DNA of 59,488 bases, counting the filler, from Sphacelaria rigidula (lineage: Eukaryota), in the NCBI GenBank assembly GCA_964200075.2. It is 7 parts of 7 records of this genome, joined end to end, with 100 filler letters (N's around TTAATTAATTAA, not from the genome) between each part and the next. Parts side by side here need not be neighbours in the genome. Positions count along the whole stretch, not along the records: positions 1 to 8,413 come from CAXNAA020011225.1; positions 8,514 to 16,926 come from CAXNAA020011226.1; 5 more parts are not named here. One strand, 5' to 3'. The notes beneath the pieces were generated by a model, which saw nothing but the letters and a program-made list of their open reading frames with translations, did no database searches and was not told the origin of the DNA. A program made the position numbers and the translations under genes. This document shows positions 1 to 10,974 of the stretch, piece after piece. The first letter of the stretch is position 1. Each line of letters begins with the position of its first letter.

Positions 1-816
1 GCTTTTTCGTCTCCTTTTTTTTTGAACCACTTGTAACATCTGGTGAGGGGAGAGGTGCAGGGGCGAGGGCTATACTAATAGTAGAAAGACTCGTGCGCGA
101 CGATAACTTTCGCTGTAGCGCCAAGCAATGCCTTGCGGTTGCGATTCTCACTGCCTGATCGTGGGTTTGAAGCCGTTTCGAACGCCTTTTTGTCCCGATA
201 GAGCTAGCTATGCACGTCACCATTACCGTGTAACAAAATGGTGTGGAGGGCCCCCATGCATACCAAGCGTTCACGAAGAAATATTCAGTACCTCTGCTTT
301 TCATATCTCGGGTGTTCGTATAACGCTCCTCAGTGCTTTCGGAAATTTGTTCCCGATTTTTGATGGAGTAACTGCTGTGTTCTTGTACGTCTCACAAATG
401 TGTCAGCAATCGACAGTGCTCATGAGGACCACGTCAATAAGAGAGACATGCTACATCTGCCACATCCATACTTCGAAACGACGGACTTCGTCTCGAGATT
501 CGTGCCAGACGATCCAACGGTTCAGGATGCCGCTGCGGGTCACAAAGCCGACAGAGTCAGCTCTAAGAGCGAGTGACTCACGAACCGTTGCGACTACAAA
601 CTCCTCAGACGATGAAACGTTTCATTTTGTTCAAGGCAGTCCAACAAAAAGTTGAGTTTGTGGATTCGTCCAGCAGTTTCGGCGTTGGAATATGTCACGA
701 ACGCAAATACTCCGTTTCATTGCGCAACGTTTCATCCCCCAAGATCGCAACACGCTTCGGTATATCGTCAGCGGTCTACCGCAATGAGCTTTGTCGTTAG
801 ATGATCGTAATCCTGA

Positions 817-927
817 CACGGGTGGCCACTGGGATGCCTGTAACCTCAAATTTGGACGTTACAGACCTTGGGCAACGTCTGTAATATCCAAATGTGAGGT
901 TGAAGGCATCCCAGTGGCCCACCTGTG
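817..927. repeat. Imperfect foldback (~50-bp arms, 10-nt loop); mini-MITE or hairpin RNA locus
   Basis: CACGGGTGGCCACTGGGATGCCTGTAACCTCAAATTTGGACGTTACAGAC pairs with GTCTGTAATATCCAAATGTGAGGTTGAAGGCATCCCAGTGGCCCACCTGTG; weak pairing continues to ~805/940. Confidence 0.9.
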
Positions 928-1382
928 CAGCTTTTAACGATGCCAGCCGTATAACTGTCGTCATTTTTTCAATACCATCGCGTACTCTTGAATTTTCCGC
1001 TTGTCTTTCTCAAACTCAGCACTAGACAGAAAAACAGGACAGAACCAGACGAGGCATTTCTTTGTTAAGAAACGCCAGGTTCTATCCACTAGCGAGCACA
1101 TTCGACCACTGAAGGGACCGTGGAGGAGTTTATAGCCCCCGGGTTTGGTTAAGACAGCTCTCATCCACAAGGCGAGGAGAAAACACGTGCGACTATCACC
1201 GTTGCCACTCTCCGTGGGCCACACGAATATTTTTCCGTAACACAACGGCGGCCAGTGCAGTCCGATCAAACAGCGAATAATGCGGTGCCCGCGAGCTCCT
1301 GGGATGCCCAGCCCGAGCAATTCGAATGTATGCGCCCACAGGAGGCCTAAGGACGTTTGAACCATGAACTTCAGCAAACGAC

Positions 1383-1873
1383 GGGGGGGTGTACTCATGA
1401 TCATGCATGCCATAGTCATACGACCATTGACCTCGCATCCCTNNNNNNNNNNGTCGCATGAAGGGTGAGCTACATCCTGCTAGGATTGTTCGGCCCGAAG
1501 CCTACTGATTCATCTTGCATTTGAATGACAGCCTCCAATGAGTTGCCTCATTTTCTGGTATCGCCACTTCCAGAGACACGGCTTATACACTGCCTCATGG
1601 GTGTCTCGCCATTTAAACACTGCATGGTACGATCATCCCCATTTTGCGGAGCTGATCTTCTCCCACGCCGCACAACATGATCTAGCTCGACCACCATCAT
1701 GGTTACCACATATAAAAGGCAAGCGCGTAAAAACAAAAGTCGGTAAGCTGGTTGCCTAACTTATGCAGTGAGTGGCGTGATTTATAGCGTCATCTCCAAC
1801 CGACACCAACCCCATCGGGGGTCCACCCCTACAAAGCCGAGACGGAGCACGCCGGGTTCTCGCCGGACTAGGC
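1383..1873 (-). mobile_element. Non-coding C-tailed retroposon (family A), near full-length copy flanked by G-runs
   Basis: Alignable by eye with 10601-10974, 25540-25824, 34053-34459 and 40472-40509. Begins (+ strand) GGGGGGGTGTACTCATGATCATGCATGCC; G14 run at 1878-1891 on the other side; internal 10-N gap at 1443-1452. Confidence 0.8.
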
Positions 1874-4800
1874 GAGCGGGGGGGGGGGGGGTTGACCTAA
1901 AATTGTTCATCAAGGTGCGTAGGAAGCGTGTACAGCTGTTTGTGGCGCGACTGTACGAGTGTTTCAAATGTCGATGATAAGGGGCGACAAAGTCGCTCCA
2001 ACTGAGATCGTATCCATCAGGACCTGGGCGGTCTATGGTTCAGAGGTGATCAATGATCCGATCACACCAAGCCCGTAATCTCTGGTACCCAGACGCGTAT
2101 TGCCATTGCTACTCAGAGCGTGCTGATCACAGATCACAACTGTACTAAACGAGGTCCTGACATTCTTTGAGACAGCGGGTGAGTCATTCTTCACCCAAGT
2201 TCATTTTTGAATCACGCACCCGTGTGCGTCGTGGTAGTGTGTGACGAAATCCACGTTCAAGCCTTTCGCCCACAACTACCAGGGTATCCTGACTGCCAGT
2301 GCATCAAGCTACCTCACCTTGAACACGACACCCAGATGGGGATAATTTGGGGTACAAAAGGCGCGGCCACACATAATCACAGTACAATGTTCACCTGATG
2401 CAGCACGCGTTCGTGGTGGTATCCATCGGGATACAATATACCCAGATATTTCGATGCTTTGCCCGACCGCCCAACGTCGAAGAATTTGGAGATTACGGAC
2501 GCGGAGAAGCAGTCCGCGTGGTCCTCTGGGTAGAGCGATCCCCTTCCAAGTAACCAATCCTAGAGTTCGAGACGGGAACGGTAAGTGCAACAGACAACAA
2601 AAATGGGATCACGGCGTGTGGTGTACAACCCTGCCCATACTTCTCGAGAGTATTCCGCGGGTACTACTGGCACGAAGGCACTGTCCACATATGTGTACAC
2701 ATATTATATGTTAATGTTATGTGATACGGATTTGCAATTGCTTATTTTCTATTTCTGGGTACAGACCGGCGGGTACTAGAAATGTATCTTGGGCGAATGT
2801 TTGAGTACATTTTACAAGTGCGTCCCTGGTCGCTATCTTGCTTGACGTGGGTTCATAAACGTTGGACGATAGCCATATTAGCTCGAAGTAGCGTACCGAC
2901 GTTTCTGAGTTATGACTTCGAGTGAAGACATGTTCGGGGCCGGCCGACAGGTCTATGTGTGACCCCACCCGCCTCACTCGATCATCGTCCCAGGGATCTC
3001 AACAGTACAGTAGAGGATTAATCAACACTTCGTCCAGCGTCTGATAGACTCCAGCTGTGCCCTTCTTCGGTATTCAAGCCCTCCGGAACGAGACTAATCG
3101 GTAAGTTCCGAGGTGTGCAATATTGTTTCTTCATCTCTGTACATTGCTTCGTTGTACATGTTTGGTTAATAGATCCCACCTGATGAGAATACATCCAACT
3201 GTCAGAAGCATTCGACCGAGAAGTCTTCGTCCTAGATTGTGATCGTTCCTCTCTACCCTTAGCAGGTAGGGTGACAATCTAATCACTTGACATTTGGGGC
3301 TTTCAGCTGAAGCTTCTCTTTGTTTTGCTTGTTCCAGTTGCGGCATTGCTGGTGGTGCAACTACTGTCCGTAATCTCATATTTTGCCTGGTCAACCCATT
3401 GTCCAGCTTCGTTTTGCCTCGGTTCACGGTTCCCAGTTTGTTTTGTACGTGTTTGACACCCCATACAGTCGAGGTACAGTACTTGATTTCTGGTTTTCCC
3501 GGGATTCTCGGCTTGGCTCCCTTTTTTGCTTGTACACGCCCTTCGCGATGAGTGAGGGTGTGTCGCTGGTGCTTTGGACTTGTAGGTGTTTGGTCGGTGC
3601 TTCGTATTTCCTTGCGGCCTATTTGTTGTTTTCGTTCTTTGACTACACAGCTCTGCGCGACTCCCTCTTGTTTCGATAGCCGGGGCGGACAACACGCTGA
3701 CATCGGGTTGTGCTTTTGATCTTCAACACATGTCAAGCTTTATGGTCCATGCTGTCCTAGACCCCCGTCCCCGCCCGCCCCCGCGCACCCCCTCTCTTTT
3801 TTCCATAGTCGTGGTGGTTCAATGTACCGAGATATATGACATATCTGTACCAGACCCTCGCCCCCTCCCTTTTCTCCTTCGATACTGCACAAGCGTTACA
3901 ACCATAGACTGTCGTGCATGCGTCATCTTCGAGCATACAGCCTACACTGCTGTACTCTGTTGAGAAACTGCGCGTCCTACCTGTAATACGACACCGTCCG
4001 ACTACAAAAATCGTCATGTACGGTGTATATTTTCCGTTGTACTTGATACTCTCGGTGCTGTACAAACCATTTCATTGTATCGCACCGTGCAGATGACCTT
4101 GCACTGTCCGGTACTGTATCGTGTGTCAATACGATACTACACTGGACTGGGTCATACTGTCTTTGCTACGTGATCTGTACTGCACTCTAGGTGCATTTTG
4201 GGTTGCGAATGCACTTCGATTGTCCGCCTGTACTGCATGACACCCCTCCAACTCCCAAGCTAATTGCAGCGGACCTAATGATCCTGCCGACAGATACCAT
4301 CAGTTGAACTGTTCACCAGATTGTCGGGAATTTGCCACCGTGCAGCTGCGAATCGCGCTAGTTACTGTTTTTCAAGTAGCCAAACTTTCCCAAGTGCTCA
4401 AAACAGGACTTTGCGGCATGATTGAATCTTTGATATCTCTGTACCGCACTGCATGAAAACAGTCACTTATGCCAGGCACTCTTCCAATTGTGTCGTACAA
4501 CCCAAACTACTTCGTTTTTTCTGACGTTCCTACGATCCCTTATTAATTTTCTACATTCACCTCGCCCCAACACCTCATGAATTAGGTGACAGGCCGGAGG
4601 AATGTGCGGTATGCACTACGCTGCATGGCGAAAGGGTCGGCTTCGGGTCCGTTCAAGCGTTCGAAGATAGCGTCGAACAGCACTATGAATCTTTCCTGGC
4701 ATTGACATCTGCAAATTGTACAGTACCATCACAAATCGACAATTTACCGTTCGTATTAGAAACCAACGGGCATCAAAGTGTTTGCAGTTACGAAGGCGGG

Positions 4801-7800
4801 CATGTTCATAGACGAGAAACTCTATGTTCCCCCGTAGCCGTTACATGCGGTCTCAAAAGCGTTTCTGTCCTTCTTTCAAACCTGGCGGACGGACGGGGAA
4901 GCCGCAATCTCTCGGGTAAGGAGAGTCATTTCAACTATGTCGACGTACTTTGAAAAACGAACTCTTTCGTTTCCAAAGGTATTCCGAATTTGGATTCTTA
5001 ATAACATGTGAAATTATTACCGAGTGTGACCTCTATAGGCAGACGTCTGAAGACGGGAGGCAGTCAGTAGAGTATAGATCAACGAAAGCTCCAGACCGCA
5101 GCTGACGCACATCTCTGCACGATGGTAGCAATAGTTAGGTCACCACCATAGGTATCTTTTTTCACTCTGCATGTCAAGAAGGTCTTCACAAGTGTTTGAT
5201 CTCTCGTGCACTCCCCTCAACTCGCGTGTGGTCAAGCGCCCGGTTGGGGTGGCGGACTATCAACGATGAATAACAACCCCTAAGTTCATATTGGATCTAT
5301 CTGGTTTTGCCGCAGCACCGTCCTTGCGGGCATGTGTGTGACAGAGAACAGTAGTAGCGGTGACGGAAATATTGCCCTGTTATTCAAGGACATGTTCTTC
5401 GGCGCACAGAGGCGCGTGCTGTCCAAAAAGAAAGCCAGAGAGAAATTGATCTTCGCATCGATGATGAGGTGCTCAGGCAAGACGAAGAGACGAGATCTCT
5501 CCGCAGGTCGGTCTTTAGGCACAACATGGAAAATTCGGTTCATGCTGGTAACATGTATGATGCCAGTCTCTCGAGCGTTTGGTAATCGCCGAGCGAGGAC
5601 ACACAAAGGACACGGGCGAGGAGCTTCCTCTCTGTCGTTGCTTCTCTCTCTGGTGATGTTGCCATCGACACGCGTGTAGACCGCATTCGTTGGGTCCACG
5701 TAGCACTGCCCAACTCCTCCTGCGGAGGTTTGGGGGGAAATACCTTCCTTTTGTGCTACTGCTTGGTAGTTTCCCAACGGAAGCGATTTGCGGGTTGAAG
5801 CTCATTTGATAGTTCAACCCCAAAAATTAGGATCGGCTGCTAATAGCTATCAGTAGGTGAAGGAATGGAACCGTGTTTCGAATATTTGGTGTGGATACGA
5901 AGATTTTAATTATTCGGGTTTCTCATCCCCAATAAAAGATCCACCCCCAATTTGTAAGATTCCGTGTTGTACGACCTTTTTCTTCGTGACAGTTTTGGGG
6001 TGGGTTTGACGGGAGCGCTATCGTAGAAAGTGTCTCCTATGCGGAGCCCACAGGAGGACCACCATGGAAAAAAAGAGGTATACCCGTGAACAGAATAGGG
6101 TACTAATAAATGTCCAGCTGAGTCTGGAGCGTACCCCGCGGGCGTCTTGGAATGGACGTGGATACCCCGCGGTTGTCTTGAAATGGACATGGGTGTGAGC
6201 TTCAACCATCTTGAAACCTTGCTTCTTGATCCCTCTTACCCGCTAGCAGTGGCAAAGTTGTTGAAGCCCGCCATAACTGTTTCTATATAGTAAATATGTA
6301 CCCGTCGTAACCCTTGTACCCGCCATTCCCATCGTACCCGCTGTTCCCAAGCGCTTGCGACTACAGGCGTTGCGATGGTACCGTCAGGGACGCACCTCAA
6401 TGAAGAAACTTCATAAATGATGACGAAAACGTGTGTAATGGACTCGTCGTTCGATTCGAGTGGGCCGATATATTCTTAAAACCTTGGTGTGCGCCATATA
6501 CCAGCAGTGAATGGCAGGGGGAATGAACCATTAACACGGAGTCTTAATCTCGCCCTCCTTCTTCCAGAGCTGTTTTTGCTCATCGTAGATGTGCAGTCGG
6601 TCGCTGCTGTTGATGCTGTGCCCCCCCTCTGAGTGCTCTCTTCCTGCGTTCATTTTTCCCTGAAGGCGGCATGACAACCACAAATACATGAACACAAAAC
6701 GTGTGGCCTGTGCTGGATGAAATGGACGAAAAAACAAAGTACTCTGGAATTCGTCATTTCGTTCACGATGCTTGCACTCAGTCGTACAACAACAACGGTC
6801 CAGCAGGCAGTACAGCTTCCACCAGCAGACTATTCCGTTGTGCGACTATCGCTGAGCAGATGAAGATATACCTTGGCTCTGAAGGTACCGCGATTCCGTT
6901 TCTTTTCCAGGTTCCACTTCCTGTTCGCCTGCAGAGCCGAGTCGGTAGAAAGAACAGAAGTTCAAGGGAGTGAGTGATAGCACGCGAGCACCAGGTTCTC
7001 TTGCAAGTTGATGGAATTGATCCACGCTCGCAGGGTTATCAACGCGAAATAGTTGTATTGAAAAGCGACTTCCGATGCGATTGCATTTGTTATAGTTTTC
7101 AGGAAGAAGTTAGTCATGGTGGCAGTGGGGATAATACATTTTCCTGTATGGCAAACACTCCGCAAAGCGTGTGCACACAACGCCTCGAAGTCTACCTTTC
7201 TTTCAACGCTATTCCCGCGACAAGGACGAAGCATTCCATCGCTTACTAACTGGAGCCATTCCAGACGGCGCAAGACTTGAATGTTTGCCTTGACTTGATT
7301 CCAGTGGAGCGATGGCATGTCCGCACACACGTCCGTTGTTCCACATTTCCCGGAAACATCGAGCACACGCGCTAAGGTTCCTCTGTCCAGTGGTGCGAAG
7401 GCCTTGTGGTGCCCCATCCCCATCGCATACCTTGGACGTTGTGTAATCCAAGTTAGATCCCACGGTATAGTGTGAAGTGGTTCACGGGGCATTTTCGCCT
7501 CCAAAACTCTCCGCACTTTCGCTGCCATCTAGCGTGGCTAATATAGTGTGTGGCATGAACCGCATAGTACATCACTCACTCAGCCGGAGCTAGCCGCTGG
7601 CTAACTGAGTGGTGTAGTAAGTAGTTTCTTCTGACGAACAAAAGAGGAACTGATGAGCTTATAGATTAAATGCCGCTTGTTGAACACGAGATGCGGGGCT
7701 TGAGTCCCCCAACATCGATTGTAGTGGAATTATGAGCCTTGATTGGACAAGCTTGCGAGCGGCGCGGTCCTGGAGATTTCTGGTGTGTTTGTAATGCGCG

Positions 7801-7963
7801 AGCAGACCGCATGCGTTTCGGAACGCGCCGGAGATCTAAGACCCCTATAGTTACGATCAGGGTTAAGGTTAGTCTTAGGCATGCTGGCATTCGGGTCTAT
7901 AACATACCTCCGCTGTCCGTAGGATGGCCTGGGGTAGTCAATAAGATACACTTTGTCAGGATA

Positions 7964-8214
7964 AGACACCTTCTACGATAGCCCCCCCTCCCAAAAGTGC
8001 GTGGTTTTGGGAGGCAAAATCTTCACGTGAATCGAAATAGGAAAAGCCAAGCACGACGGGAAGCTAGAAATTCCCACGCTGGGGTTCGTTCCAGCCAATG
8101 TCGCCAATGTGAGGCGCTTCATGCAGCCTGAACTCGAACATCAGGCGCTATATGGCCATTTTTTTCGTTACACTTTTAGCTGGTTTTGGGGGGGGGGCTA
8201 TCGTAGAAAGTGTC
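7964..8214. mobile_element. Non-autonomous element with ~32-bp inverted repeats (GGGGCTATCGTAGAA motif)
   Basis: GACACCTTCTACGATAGCCCCCCCTCCCAAAA (from 7964) is the inverse of TTTTGGGGGGGGGGCTATCGTAGAAAGTGTC (to 8214); GCTATCGTAGAAAGTGTC recurs at ~6017-6034. Confidence 0.65.
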
Positions 8215-8413
8215 AATCGATGAACTAGATTTGGAAGAGAAACGGCAAGAGTTCCAAGAGGAGATGGCCCAAAATGGAGTATATTTTTCGTGCTGCTGGA
8301 ACGCGTAGGTAGAGTTGCTACCGAAATGGAAAGAACTCGAGCAGGAGCAAAGGTTGTAGAAGGATGGGAGCAGCTGGTCAAGAACACAGCGAGTAAAGTC
8401 AAAGGGAAGAAAC

Positions 8414-8513
8414 NNNNNNNNNNNNNNNNNNNNNNNNNNNNNNNNNNNNNNNNNNNNTTAATTAATTAANNNNNNNNNNNNNNNNNNNNNNNNNNNNNNN
8501 NNNNNNNNNNNNN
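8414..8513. other. Artificial contig spacer N44-TTAATTAATTAA-N44
   Basis: 100-bp spacer with a six-frame stop linker; identical at five other positions. Confidence 0.99.
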
Positions 8514-8994
8514 TGGGTTGATCCCCGGAGACCACGGACTCATCCCGAGGAAGGGGAGGGGTTCAAAGTGTGAGGGGAAAAAAAAAAGGATTACTCTTAT
8601 CTGGTCTACTTTTTTGTATCCGTTCACTTTTCCTCAGCGGGTGTTTCCATTTTGTTTTTCATCTCTCGGGTACATCTATATCATGTGACCACGGTTGGGT
8701 CTCTGGGGGGTTAGTCAAGGTGCGACAAATCAATAAAAGTCAAATCAATCATATACTCACGCCTCCACGACGGAGGTTAGGTAAACCCTGAGAACATAGG
8801 CTGAACTATATCGTACCTAGTTGATTTTGAACCCTCAACTCTACTTTCGACAGGTTTCGAGGTACACCCGTGAGATAGGTCAACGGGGCGCGACGACGTT
8901 GTCAAGCCAAACATCATACAATGCACTTTTCCTACCAGATGTTACGCCCGGGCAGATAGAAAGCTTTTTACGTATCTTTCCAAGGTTGTATTTC

Positions 8995-9485
8995 GTAGGG
9001 TACGGGTACGTTCTGTAGGGAATAAGATTTCCTTACAGAACTTACAGAAATATATGGTACTGGTATGAAAGTCTTACAGAGTTTAAAGAACTGTCGGGTA
9101 CCGTATGGGAGGCTTACAATACAGGAAGCCGGTACCGGCAATCGAGTAGATCTTTTAGGGCATACATAGTTCTATACAAAACTTTCCCCTAACCCGAGGG
9201 GGGCGTACTCATTTGGTGCTTGCCTTAGTCAATGGTCAAACGACTAAGGCAAGCAACAAATGAGTACGCCCCCCTCTGGTTAGGGGAAAGTTTTTGTATA
9301 GAACTCACGGAACTGTCAGGTAGGGGTATGGAGATTACACAGATAGGTATCTCATCAAGAGCATACCCGTGCCCCCCGGTAACGGTACGGGAGGTTTACA
9401 GAACTCACACAATTATCGGGTACGGGTATGAAGGTCTTGCAGAGAATACAGAACTGTCGGGTGCCGGTACAGAAATCTTACAGTT
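8995..9485 (+). repeat. Degenerate tandem repeat (CGGGTACGGGTATG...CTTACAGAACTCACAGAACTGT units)
   Basis: Recurrent GGGTACGGGTA / TTACAGAA / GAACTGTCGGGT motifs; interrupted by the palindrome at 9168-9305. Confidence 0.75.
9168..9305. repeat. Inverted duplication (~63-bp arms) of a C-tailed retroelement 3' end plus its flank
   Basis: 9168-9230 is the reverse complement of 9242-9305 with two substitutions and one indel; contains GACTAAGGCAAGCAACAAATGAGTACGCCCCCC. Confidence 0.9.
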
Positions 9486-9821
9486 ACATTACGCGGTGGA
9501 TAATGACCGATATCTCGCGTCTGCAACAGCTGGAGGCTGCGCCCTTGTCTTGAACGCGGTAGCTGTATCATCGACTCTGAACACGAACAAAAGCGAGGAC
9601 GCGTGATTCAAGTGTCAGCAAGCGGACCCCACCAACAGTAGGCCAGGCACTCCCTCCCGTCCCCCGAAGTAGGAAAAATTCACAGTGGGGGAGGTTGAGG
9701 CTGTCCCCTTGAATATAATGAAGAATGTCGGTGAAATGTACGGGCCCTGTCCAAGTGCGGGCCAGGAGCCGCCCCCAGCCATGATGAGTGAGCCCCACGA
9801 GGGGAGGGGGGGCGGGGGGGA

Positions 9822-9907
9822 GGGGTGTACTCATGTGTTGCTTGCCTTAGTCGTGTGACCATTGACCACGCATCCCTTTCGAGACGGAGCACCGTTCCTA
9901 CTCCTAA
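9822..9907 (-). mobile_element. 5'-truncated LINE-like 3' end (family B) in a G-rich tract
   Basis: Minus strand reads RSRNGAPSRKGCVVNGHTTKASNT* then GTACACCCC; homologous to 51896-52143 and 9231-9274; G-rich on both sides (9801-9825, ~9918-9932). Confidence 0.7.
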
Positions 9908-10600
9908 CCACGGAACGGTGGGGTGGGGGGGGTACCCCAGCTTCTAGGGAGGGTACCCCCAAGATATGATGGACAATGACGTAAGTAGATATTACGCAGT
10001 AATAAAAATACCGCGCAGAGGGCGATTCAAGGGGCAATAATGTCTGCAGAGCGTGAGAGTACTCCAGCGATCTAATAGACACTTGCCTTCTGATTTGTTG
10101 GGGTTTTAACCAAAACCCAACATTCAATTCAGGTATCATCGCAGAGCTGTCCCTTTCTTGTCGGCTACCTCTTCATTAGCGACGGCGCTGAGCAGTATCA
10201 TCACGATATTTCAATCTTTCACGCATGCGTGTTGTGCACTCTGCTACAACAGCTTTCCGGAGGTAGATCACCTGCCATCGAAAAATCAGGACAATTTTTT
10301 ATGGCGATTGGTATTGCAGGGTTATCAGCGTCCATTGATCTGGCACAAGAACTACACATCCCTTCCATTACACGGTGGCCGTAGCAGTTCTACTGACGAA
10401 CATTTTCAGACCCTAGTTTTTCGATGGTATGTCCCGGTGTGTGCTGGTCCAGCCGATTGAACAACCGCGAAATACGAACTGTTTCCCGATCCACCGTGCG
10501 ACTCGAAAGTCACAATCCTGCGGCCAAACCGCCCCCGTTATGAAAATGGATTTCTTGCCGTCAGCCCCTGCCCCCCTTCCGCCCCCCTGTTTTCTCCTGT

Positions 10601-10974
10601 GGGTTGGCGTCGGTTGGTAACGATGCTATAAAACACGCCTCTCACTGCGTAAGCTAGCTGACCAGGTTACCGTTTTCTTTTCTTGCACGCTTGGATTTTT
10701 TTTTGCGGTAACCATGATGGTCGAGCTAGATCAGAAAATAAAGCAACCCATTGGAGGCTGTCATCCAAAAGCAAGATAATCAGTAGGCTTCAGGTCGAAC
10801 AATCTTAGCAGGATGCAGCTCACCCTTTGTGTAACTTGCCGAACACATCACGGCGCTTCGCGCTTGGTGATTGCGAGGTTGGTCCGGCAAAACCCAGCGT
10901 GCTCCGACCCAGTTTTGTAGGGATGCGAGTTCAACGGTCTCATGACTTGGGCATGCAAGATCACGAGTACACCC
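10601..10974 (+). mobile_element. Family A C-tailed retroposon copy (internally deleted, 5'-truncated)
   Basis: Reverse complement of 1383-1873 with an internal deletion; ends GATCACGAGTACACCC; C-rich on both flanks. Confidence 0.8.

Larger units (their letters stand above)
250..2600 (-). pseudogene. Possible highly eroded D5-like (SF3) primase-helicase relic, interrupted by a retroposon and a hairpin
   Basis: Minus-strand frames, broken by stops and frameshifts, give fragments in the order expected for D5-like proteins: IDRPGPDGYDL, NVLRPPVGAY, KNIRVAHGE, TRGL*TPPRSLQW, FLSSAEFEK, IPTPKLLDEST, CETYKNTAVTPSKIGNKFPKAL. No intact Walker A. Pattern recognition only. Confidence 0.2.

Noticed and set aside
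7649-7690. Hammerhead ribozyme core CTGATGA (also at ~3180, 54002 on the minus strand, 57807)
   Set aside because: No stem II followed by GAAA, and no closing stems at any of these sites.
8458-8469. TTAATTAATTAA repeated at a regular ~8.5-kb period (looks like a periodic biological signal)
   Set aside because: Always centred in N-runs; an artificial six-frame-stop linker.
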